Shown in pieces: positions 62,854 through 64,000 of a stretch of 64,000 nucleotides of DNA. Location: contig CAKPSD010000003.1 in assembly GCA_934183255.1 (NCBI GenBank), positions 18,789 to 82,788 on the forward strand. Direction: 5' to 3'. Positions within the stretch are counted from its first letter, which is position 1; every line of letters starts with the position of its first letter. Below the pieces are notes generated by a model. The model was not told where the DNA came from, did not search any database, and saw only the letters and a list, made by a program, of their open reading frames with translations. Made by a program: the position numbers and the translations under genes. The stretch is from an uncultured Bacilli bacterium. GTDB lineage: Bacteria; Bacillota_I; Bacilli_A; RFN20; DUOF01.

Positions 62854-63858
62854 TTATAAGTTTAAACTAGGATCTACTCCCATATCTAAGCTACTTACTT
62901 CTTCATTACTATAATAAGCTGCCATTGCAAGCATCGCTGCATTATCAGTGCAACACCACATTGGAGGTATAACAACATCTATATTTTTATATTTACTAGT
63001 TACTCTATTTTTAATAGTTTCTCTTAATTCTTTGTTTGCGCTTACTCCTCCAGCTACTAACACTTGATTAACGTTATACTCATCTAGTGCTAACATAACC
63101 TTATCAGTTAAAATCTCTATTACCTTTTTTTGGAAAGAACAAGCAATATCTTCATTTTTAAAAGTTTCATTTTTCATTTTCATACCATTAACTAAATTAA
63201 GCACCGCTGTTTTAAGACCACTAAAAGAAAAGGCATACTTTTCATTAATTTTAGGATAAGGAAGTTCATACTTATTTTCTCCTATACTAGCTAACTTATC
63301 AATCACTGGGCCTCCTGGATAACCAAGATTTAAAACTCTACTAACCTTATCATAAACTTCACCAACTGCATCATCTCTAGTCTCTCCTAAACACTTAAAA
63401 TCATATTCTTTGTTCATCAAATATAATTGAGTATGTCCACCACTAACAACAAGAGTTAATACAGGAAATTTAAAATCACTTACATACTTATTAGCATATA
63501 TATGACCTGCCATATGATTAACTCCTAAAAGAGGAATATTATATGCAATAGAAATAGCTTTTGCAGCTTGTAACCCTACATGTAATGCCCCAATTAATCC
63601 AGGTCCTTTAGTAACAGCAATTAAAGTAATATCCTTATAATCTAGTTTAGCATCTTCCATAGCCTTACTAATACATAAAGTTATATTTTCTACATGTAAC
63701 CTAGAAGCAACTTCAGGCATTACTCCTCCAAACTTCTTATGAGTTTCAATTTGAGTTGACACTACATTTGCAAGTAATTCTTTACCATTTCTAAGTATAG
63801 CAACACTAGTCTCATCGCAACTTGTTTCTATCGCTAATATAACACTTTTATCCATCAT
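62854..63858 (-). CDS. tsaD: tRNA N6-adenosine threonylcarbamoyltransferase
   Basis: Motifs: ILAIETSCDETSVAI, GVNHMAGHI, VSGGHTQL, LVAGGVSANKELR. I set the start at the ATG at comp. 63856-63858, after GAGGTG; the tracked ORF begins 6 nt earlier at GTG. Confidence 0.93.
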   Translation of the reverse strand: MMDKSVILAIETSCDETSVAILRNGKELLANVVSTQIETHKKFGGVMPEVASRLHVENITLCISKAMEDAKLDYKDITLIAVTKGPGLIGALHVGLQAAKAISIAYNIPLLGVNHMAGHIYANKYVSDFKFPVLTLVVSGGHTQLYLMNKEYDFKCLGETRDDAVGEVYDKVSRVLNLGYPGGPVIDKLASIGENKYELPYPKINEKYAFSFSGLKTAVLNLVNGMKMKNETFKNEDIACSFQKKVIEILTDKVMLALDEYNVNQVLVAGGVSANKELRETIKNRVTSKYKNIDVVIPPMWCCTDNAAMLAMAAYYSNEEVSSLDMGVDPSLNL

Positions 63859-63865
63859 CTTCACC

Positions 63866-64000
63866 TCATAATTCTTTACACAAAATCAAAGCATCTTCAT
63901 TTTTACCATAATAATCTTTTCTAACTATAACTTCTTTAAAACCATATTTTTTATATAAGTTAATTGCTCTAAAATTATCTACTCTAACTTCTAGATTAAT
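63866..64000 (-). CDS. rimI: GNAT acetyltransferase, RimI-like (C-terminal 44 codons; the gene starts beyond the window)
   Basis: My reverse-strand translation is ...INLEVRVDNFRAINLYKKYGFKEVIVRKDYYGKNEDALILCKEL-TGA, a typical RimI C-terminus. It lies directly upstream of tsaD, as in the tsaB-rimI-tsaD cluster. Confidence 0.75.
   Translation of the reverse strand: MNLEVRVDNFRAINLYKKYGFKEVIVRKDYYGKNEDALILCKEL

Overview
Visibly AT-rich (roughly 25-30% G+C by eye) bacterial chromosome segment that uses the standard bacterial code: full-length RpoB and the other conserved proteins read through without in-frame TGA, and rimI ends in TGA. Bases 1-10.8 kb (minus strand) carry the Bacillus-type cluster rlmB - sigma factor (SigH position) - rpmG - secE - nusG - rplK - rplA - rplJ - rplL - [Zn-ribbon membrane protein] - SAM methyltransferase - rpoB - rpoC, plus an MgtC-family gene. 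This points to a low-GC Bacillota lineage (Erysipelotrichia / Acholeplasma / RF39-like), not a code-4 Mycoplasma. Bases 11-15 kb (plus strand) encode a trimeric NuoE/NuoF/HydA-type [FeFe] hydrogenase, followed by a coiled-coil lipoprotein. Further minus-strand genes are pta, a 1163-aa multi-TM protein of unknown function, an M29 aminopeptidase and topB. The striking part is 24.4-62.7 kb. Two ORFs, of 9,442 aa (28,329 nt) and 2,706 aa (8,121 nt), fill 57% of the window. Each has an N-terminal signal peptide, dozens of Ig-like modules with one recurring sequence grammar, a shared membrane-proximal module, and a C-terminal TM helix ending in the shared tail LR[KR][KR]VRAA. No LPXTG was seen in either C-terminal tail. 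They bracket a translationally coupled pair of cytoplasmic proteins (about 349 aa and 158 aa) that I could not assign to any family. I saw no mobility genes, CRISPR arrays, tRNAs or rRNAs. All function calls come from reading motifs and synteny by eye; no database search was possible.
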